Source: Armatimonadota bacterium (lineage in GTDB: Bacteria; Armatimonadota; DTGP01; JAKQQT01). Taken from it: a stretch of 64,000 nt of DNA. The first letter of the stretch is position 1. Each line of letters opens with the position of its first letter. The translations under genes and the position numbers were made by a program. This document shows positions 35,700 to 44,445 of this stretch, in pieces. The notes below the pieces were generated by a model that saw nothing but the letters and a program-made list of their open reading frames with translations, had not been told where the DNA came from and made no database searches. The stretch is from the NCBI GenBank assembly GCA_036504855.1, contig DASXUL010000185.1, positions 21,634 through 85,633 of the forward strand. Reading direction: 5' to 3'.

Positions 35700-36752
35700 T
35701 TATTTGCGCTTGAGCTTGTAAACGAAGGCCAGGATTTCGGCCACGGCCTGGTAGAGATCGAGGGGCACCGGGTCGCCGATCTCCGCCATGGCGAAGAGGG
35801 CGCGGGCGACCGGTTTGTTCTCGACCATCGGCACTCGGTGTTCCCGAGCAAGTTCCTTGATGCGCTGGGCGACAAGGCGTTGGCCCTTTGCCACAACGAT
35901 GGGGGCGGCCATCGTGGCGCTGTCGTATTTCAGGGCCACAGCGTAGTGGGTCGGGTTGGTGACCACCACGTCCGCCGTCGGCACGTCCTGCATCATGCGG
36001 TGCTTGGCGAGTTCACGGCGTCGCTGGCGGAAGGCCTGCTTCACTGCGGGGTCGCCCTCACTGCGTTTGAACTCTTCCTTGACCTCTTGCTTGGTCATGC
36101 GGATGCTCTTTTCGAACATCCAACGCTGGTAAATGTAGTCCACGCTGGCGATGAGCAGGATGACCGACGTGGCGCGCATGCAGAGCCGCCAGATCAGATC
36201 GCCCGCCGTGCGCCCCGCGATTGCCGGGTCTACAACTCCAATGCTCACCACCGTGGCCTGCTGGTCCCGCAGGAAGGCGTAGACAATCCAGCCGACAACG
36301 GTGACTTTCAGCAGCGACTTGCCGAGCTCGGCTAAGGACCGCCCCGAGAACATCCGGGCCAGGCCGGTGAGCGGGTTCATCTTGTTCAGGTCCGGCTTAA
36401 TGGACTCGGTGCTGAAGAAGAAGCCCACCTGAGCGACGTTCCCGACGATGCCGGTGATGGCCACGGCGCCGAGGATGGGGGCGACCATCCCGAGAAAGGC
36501 CAGCGTAACGGTGGTGAACAGGCGGGAGGCATTGGCCGGCGTCGCCTGGAAAGCGGAAAGATGTCCCAATTGGCTTTCAGCCAGTGCGGCCATGCGCCCC
36601 ATGATGGTTGGCGCGGCCCACTTGAGCGCCAGGAGGCCGCCGATCAGCACGATGCCCGAGGTTACATCGGTGCTCTTGGCCACCTGGCCTTTCTTTCGCG
36701 CGTCCTGCCGGTGCTGCTGCGATGCTTGTTCTGTTCGATCTTCCAGCCCCAA
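35700..36752 (-). CDS. flhB: Flagellar export protein FlhB
   Basis: TTG start after 'ACAGGAGAAGG'. 'EDRTEQASQQHRQDARKKGQVAKSTDV', autocleavage-site region 'VVVTNPTHYAVAL', and C-terminal 'PVPLDLYQAVAEILAFVY'. Confidence 0.93.
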   Translation of the reverse strand: MGLEDRTEQASQQHRQDARKKGQVAKSTDVTSGIVLIGGLLALKWAAPTIMGRMAALAESQLGHLSAFQATPANASRLFTTVTLAFLGMVAPILGAVAITGIVGNVAQVGFFFSTESIKPDLNKMNPLTGLARMFSGRSLAELGKSLLKVTVVGWIVYAFLRDQQATVVSIGVVDPAIAGRTAGDLIWRLCMRATSVILLIASVDYIYQRWMFEKSIRMTKQEVKEEFKRSEGDPAVKQAFRQRRRELAKHRMMQDVPTADVVVTNPTHYAVALKYDSATMAAPIVVAKGQRLVAQRIKELAREHRVPMVENKPVARALFAMAEIGDPVPLDLYQAVAEILAFVYKLKRK

Positions 36753-36783
36753 GATGCCTTCTCCTGTATCCGGGGCCGGTTAC

Positions 36784-36799
36784 TGCAATTGGCGTGCCC
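36784..36799 (-). promoter_or_regulatory. Sigma-54 (-24/-12) promoter of the flhB-flhA-flhF-flhG-pilZ-fliA operon
   Basis: The minus strand reads 'GGGCAC GCCAA TTGCA'. The 20-mer 'cgggcacgccaattgcagta' (36781..36800) is identical to 12525..12544. The -12 element lies ~33 nt upstream of the flhB TTG. Confidence 0.7.
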
Positions 36800-36904
36800 G
36801 GCGGCGGCATTCGGGATCCGGCATCCAGCATCCAGGGGGGAGATCGGGCGCCTTGGCGAGCTTCGGACAAGGCATGCCCGGCCAACCGCCGAACGCGAGA
36901 AGAA

Positions 36905-37609
36905 GCGACCGACCTGTAGGGACACGGCTTGCCGTGTCCGCCCCCTTGGCGCTATGCGTCTGCCGGCCTCATTGACCTGCGTTCTCGGCATCGCGCTCCC
37001 AGTTACCAGGGTTGTTGGCGATGTACTCGCGTATGGCGTTCAGCATGCAGTCCGATCGGATGATCCGCTCGTGAAATCCCGGCTGCCAGACGGATTCCCC
37101 CACCATCTCGCGAGCTTCATTGATGCGTCGCGCGGAGGCCGACTTGTACCCGGCGACCACAGTTGAGAGCGACCCTGACACGGCCTCGCCGAATCGCCGC
37201 TCACCGTCCTTTGAGATGGCCGCTTGCCGGGCGAAATCGTCGGCGATGCAGAGAATGCCGTGAACGTGGTTCGGCATGATCACGTAGGCGTCGACCTCCA
37301 GGTGCGGGAAGTGGTTTGGCAGGTCGATCCATGTGGAAGCGGCGATCTCGCCCAGCGGGCTCGGGATAAACGTTCCGTCTGAGATGCGCCCCAGTATGCG
37401 CGCGCGAGACTCCGTGCAGATGGTCACGAAGTAAGCGCCTGGCGTCCGGTAGTCGTAGCCATGCAGACGCACGGAGCGCCGGCGCCATGTAGGAGCCATG
37501 GAAGGGAACATGTCCATCCGGGAGGCCTCCTGAATGGTCCGGTGCAATGCCTTCGAGTATGGCGCCAAGGGGGCGGACACGGCAGGCCGTGTCCCTACAG
37601 GTCGGTCGC
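36905..37609 (-). mobile_element. RAYT unit: REP-associated tyrosine transposase gene flanked by 48-nt inverted REP-like hairpin sequences
   Basis: 36905..36952 'gcgaccgacctgtagggacacggcttgccgtgtccgcccccttggcgc' is the reverse complement of 37562..37609 with one mismatch, located in the hairpin loop. Each arm contains the hairpin GGACACGG-N4-CCGTGTCC. Confidence 0.8.
36969..37517 (-). CDS. REP-associated tyrosine transposase (IS200/IS605-like Y1 transposase, RAYT)
   Basis: 'YDYRTPGAYFVTICT', HUH motif 'VIMPNHVHGIL', and C-terminal 'GYKSASARRIN...VWQPGFHERIIRS...YIANNP' with the catalytic Tyr region. The start was set to the Met with an upstream AGGAGG. Confidence 0.85.
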   Translation of the reverse strand: MDMFPSMAPTWRRRSVRLHGYDYRTPGAYFVTICTESRARILGRISDGTFIPSPLGEIAASTWIDLPNHFPHLEVDAYVIMPNHVHGILCIADDFARQAAISKDGERRFGEAVSGSLSTVVAGYKSASARRINEAREMVGESVWQPGFHERIIRSDCMLNAIREYIANNPGNWERDAENAGQ

Positions 37610-37673
37610 TATGCTTTGCGCTTGGTGGTCAGCAGGGCCTGGCCTGGTGGAACGCGGCTCCGCGCTCGTCCCG

Positions 37674-38606
37674 CTACAGCCGTTCCCGTGAGTTCGGAAG
37701 GTAGTCGGCCGGCGGGCTGGACGGGGCGGGCCAATCGGCATCATCTGGACGGTCCCAGACCGCGACGGCGATGCGGCCGTTCCGGACGTCGCGCTGCATC
37801 TTCTTACGCTCGGCGTTGTGCTGAGCCGCGAATGCCAGCCAGACGAACGCCATCAAGCCGTCCGCGAAGAGCTGAGTGAAATCCATAGGAGGGTCTTTGC
37901 GATGACCAGTGCAGACGATGCTAACGGAGAAGGCCGCCAGGCAGAGGTAGACGCCGATCCATAGCATCTCGCGGCGCGACGTGCGCTTGATGCGCGGCGC
38001 GTCACTTGGCGACATGGCGCGGTCGGATGTCCGGCAGCCAACGCGTGGGAGCGTTTCCGGGTAGCCCCACTCGCCGGCAACGGGCGAGTACAGGGGCTCC
38101 TCGGCGCTCGTGGCAGGCTCCAGGACGACGCGCCCGCGAACCGGCTCGCCGTTGACGCGCCATGCGGCGCCGGAGCCTGGCAGCGCCTCTATGCGCACGG
38201 GCTCTCTGCTGATCACGCGAATCTGGGCTCTCGAGGAGAGTGCGTCGTACGTTTTGTAGGCCAACGTGCGCCCGTGCCCGGCGTAGACATCCAGCCGCCC
38301 CAGCGCTTGGGCGCGCCGGGCGTCGATGGCCGGCATGCCCCATCTCAGGACGAGCCAGACGCAAACGGGAAGGCCGATCAGGGCGAGGAGGAGCGACAAC
38401 CCGGCTGCTCTGTTCGAGATCGCCGCCGTATTCGCCGAGAAGACGGCGAAGGCCACGATGGCGAGGTAAGCGAGGAGGACGGCGGCGGCGCGCGCTGCAT
38501 TCGCCACAGAGGCGGCGCGAAACTGGGCCCGCTCAACATCGGTGAGCGGGCGCTGTTCCACCAGGGGCAATCCGGCGCGGAAGGGCGGCGAAGGGTTCTG
38601 GCGCAT
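37674..38606 (-). CDS. Hypothetical multi-pass membrane protein
   Basis: 310 aa with four hydrophobic segments flanking a ~120-aa soluble middle. No recognisable motif. Confidence 0.5.
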   Translation of the reverse strand: MRQNPSPPFRAGLPLVEQRPLTDVERAQFRAASVANAARAAAVLLAYLAIVAFAVFSANTAAISNRAAGLSLLLALIGLPVCVWLVLRWGMPAIDARRAQALGRLDVYAGHGRTLAYKTYDALSSRAQIRVISREPVRIEALPGSGAAWRVNGEPVRGRVVLEPATSAEEPLYSPVAGEWGYPETLPRVGCRTSDRAMSPSDAPRIKRTSRREMLWIGVYLCLAAFSVSIVCTGHRKDPPMDFTQLFADGLMAFVWLAFAAQHNAERKKMQRDVRNGRIAVAVWDRPDDADWPAPSSPPADYLPNSRERL

Positions 38607-38617
38607 AGGGCGCTCCG

Positions 38618-39637
38618 TCAGGCGCTTGGCTTGTTCGTGAAGTCGCTTTCGAAGGCGAAGAGGGCCGGGAGGCCGCCGGTGTGCCAGAAGCAGACTCCGG
38701 TGGAATCCGCGAAGCGGCCGGCCCGCGCCAGGCCGATGAGGCCGCTCATGGCCTTCCCGGTGTACACCGGGTCCAGCAGAAGGCCCTCGGTGCGGGCGGT
38801 GAGGCGCACGGCTTCAATGCCGGCCTCGGAGGGCACGCCGTAGCCGGGGCCAACGTAGTCGTCAGACACTTCCACGTCGCCATGGGCCACGCGTTGGGGG
38901 ACCTCCAGCAGTTCGGCGATCTCATTGGCCATGTCGGCGATGAGGGTGCCCAGGCGCGCCAGGCTGCGGCTCACGCTAACGCCCAGCAGACGGCATTCCG
39001 GGGCGAACATCTTCAGGCCCATCGAAACGCCGGCGGCGGTGCCGGCGGAGCCGACGGCCAGCACGATGGTGTCGATGCCTTTGCCCTGGGCCTGTTCGGC
39101 CCACTCCTGCATGGCGGTGATGTAGCCCAGCTCGCCGAGCGGGGTGGAGCCGCCCACCGGGATGGCGTAGGGGGTGTGCCCTTTCGCGCGCAGGCGCTCC
39201 ATCTCGCGCTCAACGCCCTCGGCCATCTGCTTGAGGTTGGACTCGCCCAGGAAGACCAGATCGGCGCCCAGGATTTCGTCCAGCAGCAGGTTGCCGGGAC
39301 GGTTGCCCTCGTCCGGGTCGCCAAACACGAGGGTGCAGCCGAGGCCGGCGCGATTGGCGGCGGCGGCGGTCATGCGGGCGTGGTTGCTCTGGCGTCCGCC
39401 GGTGGTCACGAGGTGGTCGCAGCCTTTGGCGACGGCGTCGGCCACGAGGAACTCCAGCTTGCGGGCCTTGTTGCCGCCGGCGGCGAGGCCGGTGAGGTCA
39501 TCGCGTTTCACCCAGAGGTTGGGGAGGCCGATGGCGGCGCCGAGGCGCGGCATGGCTTCCAGGGGGGTGGGGGCGTTAGCGAACGGGATGCGCGGGAAGC
39601 TATCCAGGCGCCCGGTGAAGGCCTGTGGTTTGTCCAT
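38618..39637 (-). CDS. PLP-dependent D-cysteine desulfhydrase / ACC deaminase family enzyme
   Basis: 'TGLAAGGNKARKLEFLVADAVAKGCDHLVTTGGRQSNHARMTAAAA' contains the PLP-lysine region of the DcyD/AcdS family. Confidence 0.85.
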   Translation of the reverse strand: MDKPQAFTGRLDSFPRIPFANAPTPLEAMPRLGAAIGLPNLWVKRDDLTGLAAGGNKARKLEFLVADAVAKGCDHLVTTGGRQSNHARMTAAAANRAGLGCTLVFGDPDEGNRPGNLLLDEILGADLVFLGESNLKQMAEGVEREMERLRAKGHTPYAIPVGGSTPLGELGYITAMQEWAEQAQGKGIDTIVLAVGSAGTAAGVSMGLKMFAPECRLLGVSVSRSLARLGTLIADMANEIAELLEVPQRVAHGDVEVSDDYVGPGYGVPSEAGIEAVRLTARTEGLLLDPVYTGKAMSGLIGLARAGRFADSTGVCFWHTGGLPALFAFESDFTNKPSA

Positions 39638-40049
39638 CCGGGGATTCTCCGATCTCGCGTCTGCGTTTGGAATGTTCGAGGGCGAGACAGCGGTCCTGGA
39701 TGGCGATGAGCCCGGCCTCGGAGGCGCGGTTCATGGCGATTTCGTTGGTGATGCCCTGCTGCAGCCAGACGCAGCGCGCGCGGATGGCGATGGCGCCTTC
39801 CACAACGGGCGAGGTCTGATCGGAGCGGCGGAACACATCCACGATGTCCACAGGCTCGGCGATTTCCTGCAGCGAGGCCACCGCTGGGATGCCCTTCCAC
39901 TCCACTATAGCGGGGTTCACCGGGATGATGCGGTAGCCAGCCGCCTGGAGATACTCGGCGACGCCGTACGACGAGCGGTCCGCCTTATCGGACAGCCCCA
40001 CGACGGCAATGGTGCGCGCCGATCTCAGGAGTTGGGTGATGGAATCCAT
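39600..40049 (-). CDS. CoA-binding domain protein (YccU-like)
   Basis: 'ARTIAVVGLSDKADRSSYGVAEYLQAAGYRIIPVNP...VDIVDVFRRS...VWLQQGI'. The 3' end overlaps the next gene by 38 nt. Confidence 0.85.
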   Translation of the reverse strand: MDSITQLLRSARTIAVVGLSDKADRSSYGVAEYLQAAGYRIIPVNPAIVEWKGIPAVASLQEIAEPVDIVDVFRRSDQTSPVVEGAIAIRARCVWLQQGITNEIAMNRASEAGLIAIQDRCLALEHSKRRREIGESPDGQTTGLHRAPG

Positions 40050-40060
40050 GGGGAGTAGCT

Positions 40061-40179
40061 ATCAGAACTCGGAATTCAGAACTCAGCATGCAGGCCGGAA
40101 GGCTTGTGCGGTGAAATCGGTGATCTCATGGACCGCGCCTTCCGGCCGAATTCTGTGTTCTGATTGCTGAGTACTGACC
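40061..40179. repeat. Heptamer-array long hairpin (CTCAGAA-type arms, GC clamp 'ggccggaaggc'/'gccttccggcc', ~33-nt centre)
   Basis: Left arm 'atcagaa ctcggaa ttcagaa ctcagca tgcaggccggaaggc'. Right arm 'gccttccggccgaattctgtgttctgattgctgagtactgacc' is an imperfect inverted copy. Confidence 0.6.
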
Positions 40180-40180
40180 G

Positions 40181-40351
40181 TCATGCATGTCGGAAGGAGC
40201 GTTTGGCATTGGGGTCGTCGGCCATCTCTTTCTTGGCCTCCTGGTCCCGGATGTAGTCTTCGAGCATGCTGACGCGGCTCTCCAAGAGCTCGGCGCGCAT
40301 CAGAAGGTCGTTTACCTGTTCCCGGAGGTCGCGGGATTCGTCGTCGGCCAT
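40181..40351 (-). CDS. Small coiled-coil protein (56 aa), absent from the ORF track
   Basis: ATG preceded by 'CAAGGAGCAATCAGGC'. Translation is MADDESRDLREQVNDLLMRAELLESRVSMLEDYIRDQEAKKEMADDPNAKRSFRHA. It has a heptad-like pattern and GC-rich third positions. Confidence 0.55.
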   Translation of the reverse strand: MADDESRDLREQVNDLLMRAELLESRVSMLEDYIRDQEAKKEMADDPNAKRSFRHA

Positions 40352-40552
40352 GCCTGATTGCTCCTTGTGGCCCCGGAGGGGCCGGAAGTGGTACTATCGG
40401 TGTTACTGACGGAGTGGCGACCCTCGGACAAAATGGCCGCCCCACCTTTGAAACGGACAGACATCCCGTAAGTTCCGCCGCGCCGGGCGGTTCGATGACC
40501 GATGGGACCCTACGCCCACCGCGTTCACATCGATCCGGAGCGTTTCCGACCC

Positions 40553-43500
40553 ATGTTCACCCTCATCAACGCAAAGCGTGTCTGCACTCAGGCCGTCGTG
40601 GCCCTGTGCGCGGCGGCCCATGCCGGCGTGCCCGCTGGGCTGGGCGGCTTCGAGTGGCGCTCGGCGAATCCGCAGCCGAACGACCTCTACAGCGTGGCGG
40701 CGCCGCCCGCCGGGGCTGGCGGCGCCGGGCTGATGGCCGTGGGCGACGCGTCCACGTTCCTGTTCCGCTCTCTTCCGTCCCCCACGGGGGCCGGCGGGGG
40801 CTGGCTCGGCGGGCGTGGGCGCACCGTGCGCAACAACGTGGCGTACCGGGGCCTCGCCGTGGCGCGGAACCCCCTGCGCGTGGCGATCGCCGCGGATGAC
40901 GGTTCGGTGTTGCTGGGCGACGGGCGCGTCATGCTGCCAAGAGGCGTGTCGGATCAGGCCCTGACGGCCGCGGCCTGGGCGCGCAACAGTAAGGGCGAGC
41001 GGACCCTGGCCGTTGGCGGGCGCGGCGGCGGCGCCTTTGCCATGGACGACGCCACGGAGCAGTTCACGCGATCGGCGCTGGACACGGCGTTGCCCGGGCC
41101 GCCGGATTTCCAGGCGATCCGGTTTGGCAGCCCCGCTGGGGCTGGGGGCGAGCCGGGCGTGAACGGCGTGGCCGCCGTTACGCTGACCGGCCCCAACGGG
41201 ACGCGCGGCGCTCTGCTGCGTTCGCCGGACGCTGGGCACACCTGGCTCCTCCCCCGCTCCGCCCCTTCCGCGGACGCATGGTGGGATGTGGCCGCCATGG
41301 ACCCCGCTACCGCCTTCGCGGTTGGCCTGAGCGCTGGGGCCGGCATTGTTGCCGTCACGCGCGACGGCGGCGTCACCTGGACTTCCCTCGCGACCGTGGA
41401 CCCGTCGATGCGCGCCATCGCCGCGTTCGACAAGGGCGCCCTGCTGGTTGCTGGGGCGGCGGGGTTGTTCCTGGCGCCGCAGGGCGTGGAGTTTGTGGCG
41501 CGCCCTGAGCCGGTGGAGGACCTCCGCGCGCCGATTCCGCTGTTCGCCCTGGACACGTTCGGCCCGGATGGCTGGGCCGTGGGCCAGGGCGGCGTGATCT
41601 TCCACAGCGTGGACTCAGGCGTGAACTGGACGGCCTACAACGATCTCGGCAAGGTGGCGCGCGCTCAACTGGAAACGTATCAGGCCATCCAGTATCTGTC
41701 GGATACAGACATCGTGACGGCTGGCACTGGCGGCGCGATCCTGCGTTCGCGCGATGGGGGCCGGAGCTTCCAGCCGGAACCCTCGCCGGCCACGGAGACG
41801 CTGTTCGCGCTGGGTGCGATGGGGGCGCGCAATGCGGGCATCGGCGCCAATGCCCCGCCTGGTCTGGCGCTGGGCGCCCGACGAACGGTTGCGGCGTATG
41901 ACAGCCCAACCGCCGCGTGGGCGCTACAAGGGCACGTGCCGAACGCGGACTACCGGGCCGTGACGATGATCGGGCCGAGCGCGTCGGTCAAGATCTGGGC
42001 CGTGGGCGCGGGCGGCGCGATCGTGCACAGCGTTGCCGGGTCTCCCGTCTGGGACGAACAGCTTAGCGGCACGCCAAACGGTTTGAACGCCGTGCAGGCC
42101 GTTGTGGACCCGGCCGGCGGGTACAACGTCTTCGCCGCCGGCGAGGGCGGCGTTGTTCTGCGCAGCGCCGACGGACTGCATTGGGGGCCGGCGAACCCGG
42201 ATCTTCCCTCCCCGCTGCCCGCGCCGTATACGACCTCCAACCTGCGGGGCCTGTTCTTCACCACGCCCGCGTTGGGCTTTGTGGTGGGCGACGGCGGGGT
42301 GATTGGGCGCACGGATGACGGAGGCAAGTCGTGGTCCGCCGTAACGCCGGACCCGGCGGCGTCGAATCTACTGGCGGTTTCCGGCGTTCCCGCCGGCGCG
42401 CCGGCCACGGAAGTGTATGCCGTGGGTGAGCATCAGACGGCTCTACGCAGCATCGACGGGCGGACGTGGGAGCGCATGCCGCTTCCGCTGCCGAACGGCC
42501 CGGATATCGCCCTGCGGGCGGTGCAGGCGCCGGCGCCTGGCGTTGTGTACGTGGCGGGCGACGACGGGCATGTTTTCACGTTTTCGGGCGGGGCCTGGCT
42601 GGACGTGGGGTTCACTTTGGCGGATACCGTGGAGGCGCTGCGGATGACAAGCCCCACAGCCGGAATGGCTGTGCTGTACAGCCTGTTCTCCGGCCCGCGT
42701 ATCGCCTTCACGGCGGACGGGTTCGCGACGGTGACCGAGGCCGCCCTGCCGGCCGATGCGCGGACGCTGGCCGGCGGCGATATGTTCGGAAGCGATGCGG
42801 CGGCGGTGGGAGCCGGCGGCGCCGTGCTGCGAAGCTTCAACGCGGCCAGCGCGGCGCCGGACTTCATATCGGAGGCCTCGGATGTGAGAGCAGTGGCCTC
42901 ACCGGCGCCGGGAGTCTACGTGGCGGCTGGCGCCGGCAGCCTTCTGATGCGCAGCGCGGACAACGGCGTAACGTGGCAGCGGTTGGCGCTGCCGGACGCG
43001 CTGGGGCCGGATGTGACCTTGCGCGGCGTGGGTTTCGCCGCGGCGGACGCGTTAGGGAACGCGGTTGGTTACGCCGTGGGCGCGCGCGGAGGCGGTACGT
43101 CCGCCGTGGTCCTGAAATCGCCGGATTCCGGGCGAACGTGGCAGGACATAACGCCGAACCTGGGGGCCGACGACGCCGGGTTCAACGCCGTTGCCGCGCT
43201 GTCCGGCATGGCGCTGGCCGCCGCCTCGAATGGATCCGTCTTCCTCTATGACGGCTCGTCGTGGACGCCGCAGCGGCCCATCCCCGGGTTCACGGGCGCA
43301 TGGCTTGCGGTGAGCGCCACGGACTCGCGGTGGTACCTGGCGGGAGAGCGCGGCGCGCTGGCCCGTTTCCCTGATTTCGAGGGCCAGCCGCAGTGGCAAA
43401 CGCTGATTGCGGGCACGTACTCCGATGTGTTCTCGGTGAACGGCCCCGCAACGCCGGCCGGCGCGGCCGGGAGCGCCGGCGGCGGGCGCAGCCTGCGCGA

Positions 43501-43777
43501 CGACATCCGCGGCTTCGCGCTGGACCCCGGCGGCCTGCTCATCACCGAGGTGGGCGGCAATCCCATGTGGGGCGACGTGAACCGCGACGCCTCCATCAAC
43601 GGAGTGGACGCCCGGGACGTTCTGCAATGCGTCGGCGGCGCGGCGGCCGCGGATCCCACCGTGTACTGGTACGGCGATATCGACCCGCCGGCCTCGGCCC
43701 CGGACGCCTTGCCGGGGGACGGCGTTCTGACGATCAATGATGTAACGCGGCTCCTGCGCGTGGCCGCTGGATTGTGA
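40553..43777 (+). CDS. Large secreted BNR/Ycf48-like multi-propeller protein with a C-terminal dockerin-type domain
   Basis: Signal-like 'MFTLINAKRVCTQAVVALCAAAHA'. Repeated BNR motifs: 'RDGGVTWT', 'SVDSGVNWT', 'SRDGGRSF', 'TDDGGKSWS', 'SADNGVTWQ', 'SPDSGRTWQ'. C-terminal 'GDVNRDASINGVDARDVL...GDGVLTINDVTRLLR' is dockerin-like. Confidence 0.75.
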   Translation: MFTLINAKRVCTQAVVALCAAAHAGVPAGLGGFEWRSANPQPNDLYSVAAPPAGAGGAGLMAVGDASTFLFRSLPSPTGAGGGWLGGRGRTVRNNVAYRGLAVARNPLRVAIAADDGSVLLGDGRVMLPRGVSDQALTAAAWARNSKGERTLAVGGRGGGAFAMDDATEQFTRSALDTALPGPPDFQAIRFGSPAGAGGEPGVNGVAAVTLTGPNGTRGALLRSPDAGHTWLLPRSAPSADAWWDVAAMDPATAFAVGLSAGAGIVAVTRDGGVTWTSLATVDPSMRAIAAFDKGALLVAGAAGLFLAPQGVEFVARPEPVEDLRAPIPLFALDTFGPDGWAVGQGGVIFHSVDSGVNWTAYNDLGKVARAQLETYQAIQYLSDTDIVTAGTGGAILRSRDGGRSFQPEPSPATETLFALGAMGARNAGIGANAPPGLALGARRTVAAYDSPTAAWALQGHVPNADYRAVTMIGPSASVKIWAVGAGGAIVHSVAGSPVWDEQLSGTPNGLNAVQAVVDPAGGYNVFAAGEGGVVLRSADGLHWGPANPDLPSPLPAPYTTSNLRGLFFTTPALGFVVGDGGVIGRTDDGGKSWSAVTPDPAASNLLAVSGVPAGAPATEVYAVGEHQTALRSIDGRTWERMPLPLPNGPDIALRAVQAPAPGVVYVAGDDGHVFTFSGGAWLDVGFTLADTVEALRMTSPTAGMAVLYSLFSGPRIAFTADGFATVTEAALPADARTLAGGDMFGSDAAAVGAGGAVLRSFNAASAAPDFISEASDVRAVASPAPGVYVAAGAGSLLMRSADNGVTWQRLALPDALGPDVTLRGVGFAAADALGNAVGYAVGARGGGTSAVVLKSPDSGRTWQDITPNLGADDAGFNAVAALSGMALAAASNGSVFLYDGSSWTPQRPIPGFTGAWLAVSATDSRWYLAGERGALARFPDFEGQPQWQTLIAGTYSDVFSVNGPATPAGAAGSAGGGRSLRDDIRGFALDPGGLLITEVGGNPMWGDVNRDASINGVDARDVLQCVGGAAAADPTVYWYGDIDPPASAPDALPGDGVLTINDVTRLLRVAAGL

Positions 43778-43788
43778 GGCGAACCTGG

Positions 43789-44445
43789 ATGAAACGCACC
43801 CTTGCCCGGACCGGCGCCCTGGCCGCGGCGCTGGCGGCGGCGGCCACGCTGGCGACATCGCAATCTGCCCCCGGAACCCTGACGAACCCATTGCCCGGCG
43901 GCGCGACGATTCTGCAGTTCTCCCGCACGATGACAGATGGGCAGATGGCCGGCGGCCGCATAGCGTACTATCAGTGCGGCGCCATGGAGACGCAACAGGC
44001 GACGAATCGCGCCGTCTCCGGCTCGCTGTCCCCGTCGGGGTGCGACGAACTGGTCGTTTGGAAGACGGTCAACGTGCGCGGCGTGTGGTCGCAGTGGGTG
44101 CGCGTAACGAGCGGGCCAAACGGGGAGAAGTACCAGGGCACGCATGCTGGAACGCTGACGCTGATCGACAGCGCGGGAGCCACGCTGGCGCAACTCAAGT
44201 GCCAGGGTCAGAACGGCATGGGCACGCACCGCTCTCCGCTGGCGGAGATCGGCGAGAAGTGCGCCGCGCCTCTGCATTTCGAAGGCGCCTTCAGCGGCCA
44301 GATCGTTTCCGGAACCTACAAGGGCGCCTCGCTGCAGGGCACGTACGCCGGCGACCTCGCCAAGGACCCGCCTTCCGCCGAAGACGTGGAACCCATCGCC
44401 CTCACGATGGAAGGCGCCGTTGTGGACCCATGCCTGAAGAAGTAG
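43789..44445 (+). CDS. Hypothetical secreted protein, coupled to the BNR/dockerin gene
   Basis: Signal peptide 'MKRTLARTGALAAALAAAATLATSQSA'. Six Cys residues. The alternative GTG at 43774 overlaps the upstream stop (GTGA). No known motif. Confidence 0.55.
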   Translation: MKRTLARTGALAAALAAAATLATSQSAPGTLTNPLPGGATILQFSRTMTDGQMAGGRIAYYQCGAMETQQATNRAVSGSLSPSGCDELVVWKTVNVRGVWSQWVRVTSGPNGEKYQGTHAGTLTLIDSAGATLAQLKCQGQNGMGTHRSPLAEIGEKCAAPLHFEGAFSGQIVSGTYKGASLQGTYAGDLAKDPPSAEDVEPIALTMEGAVVDPCLKK

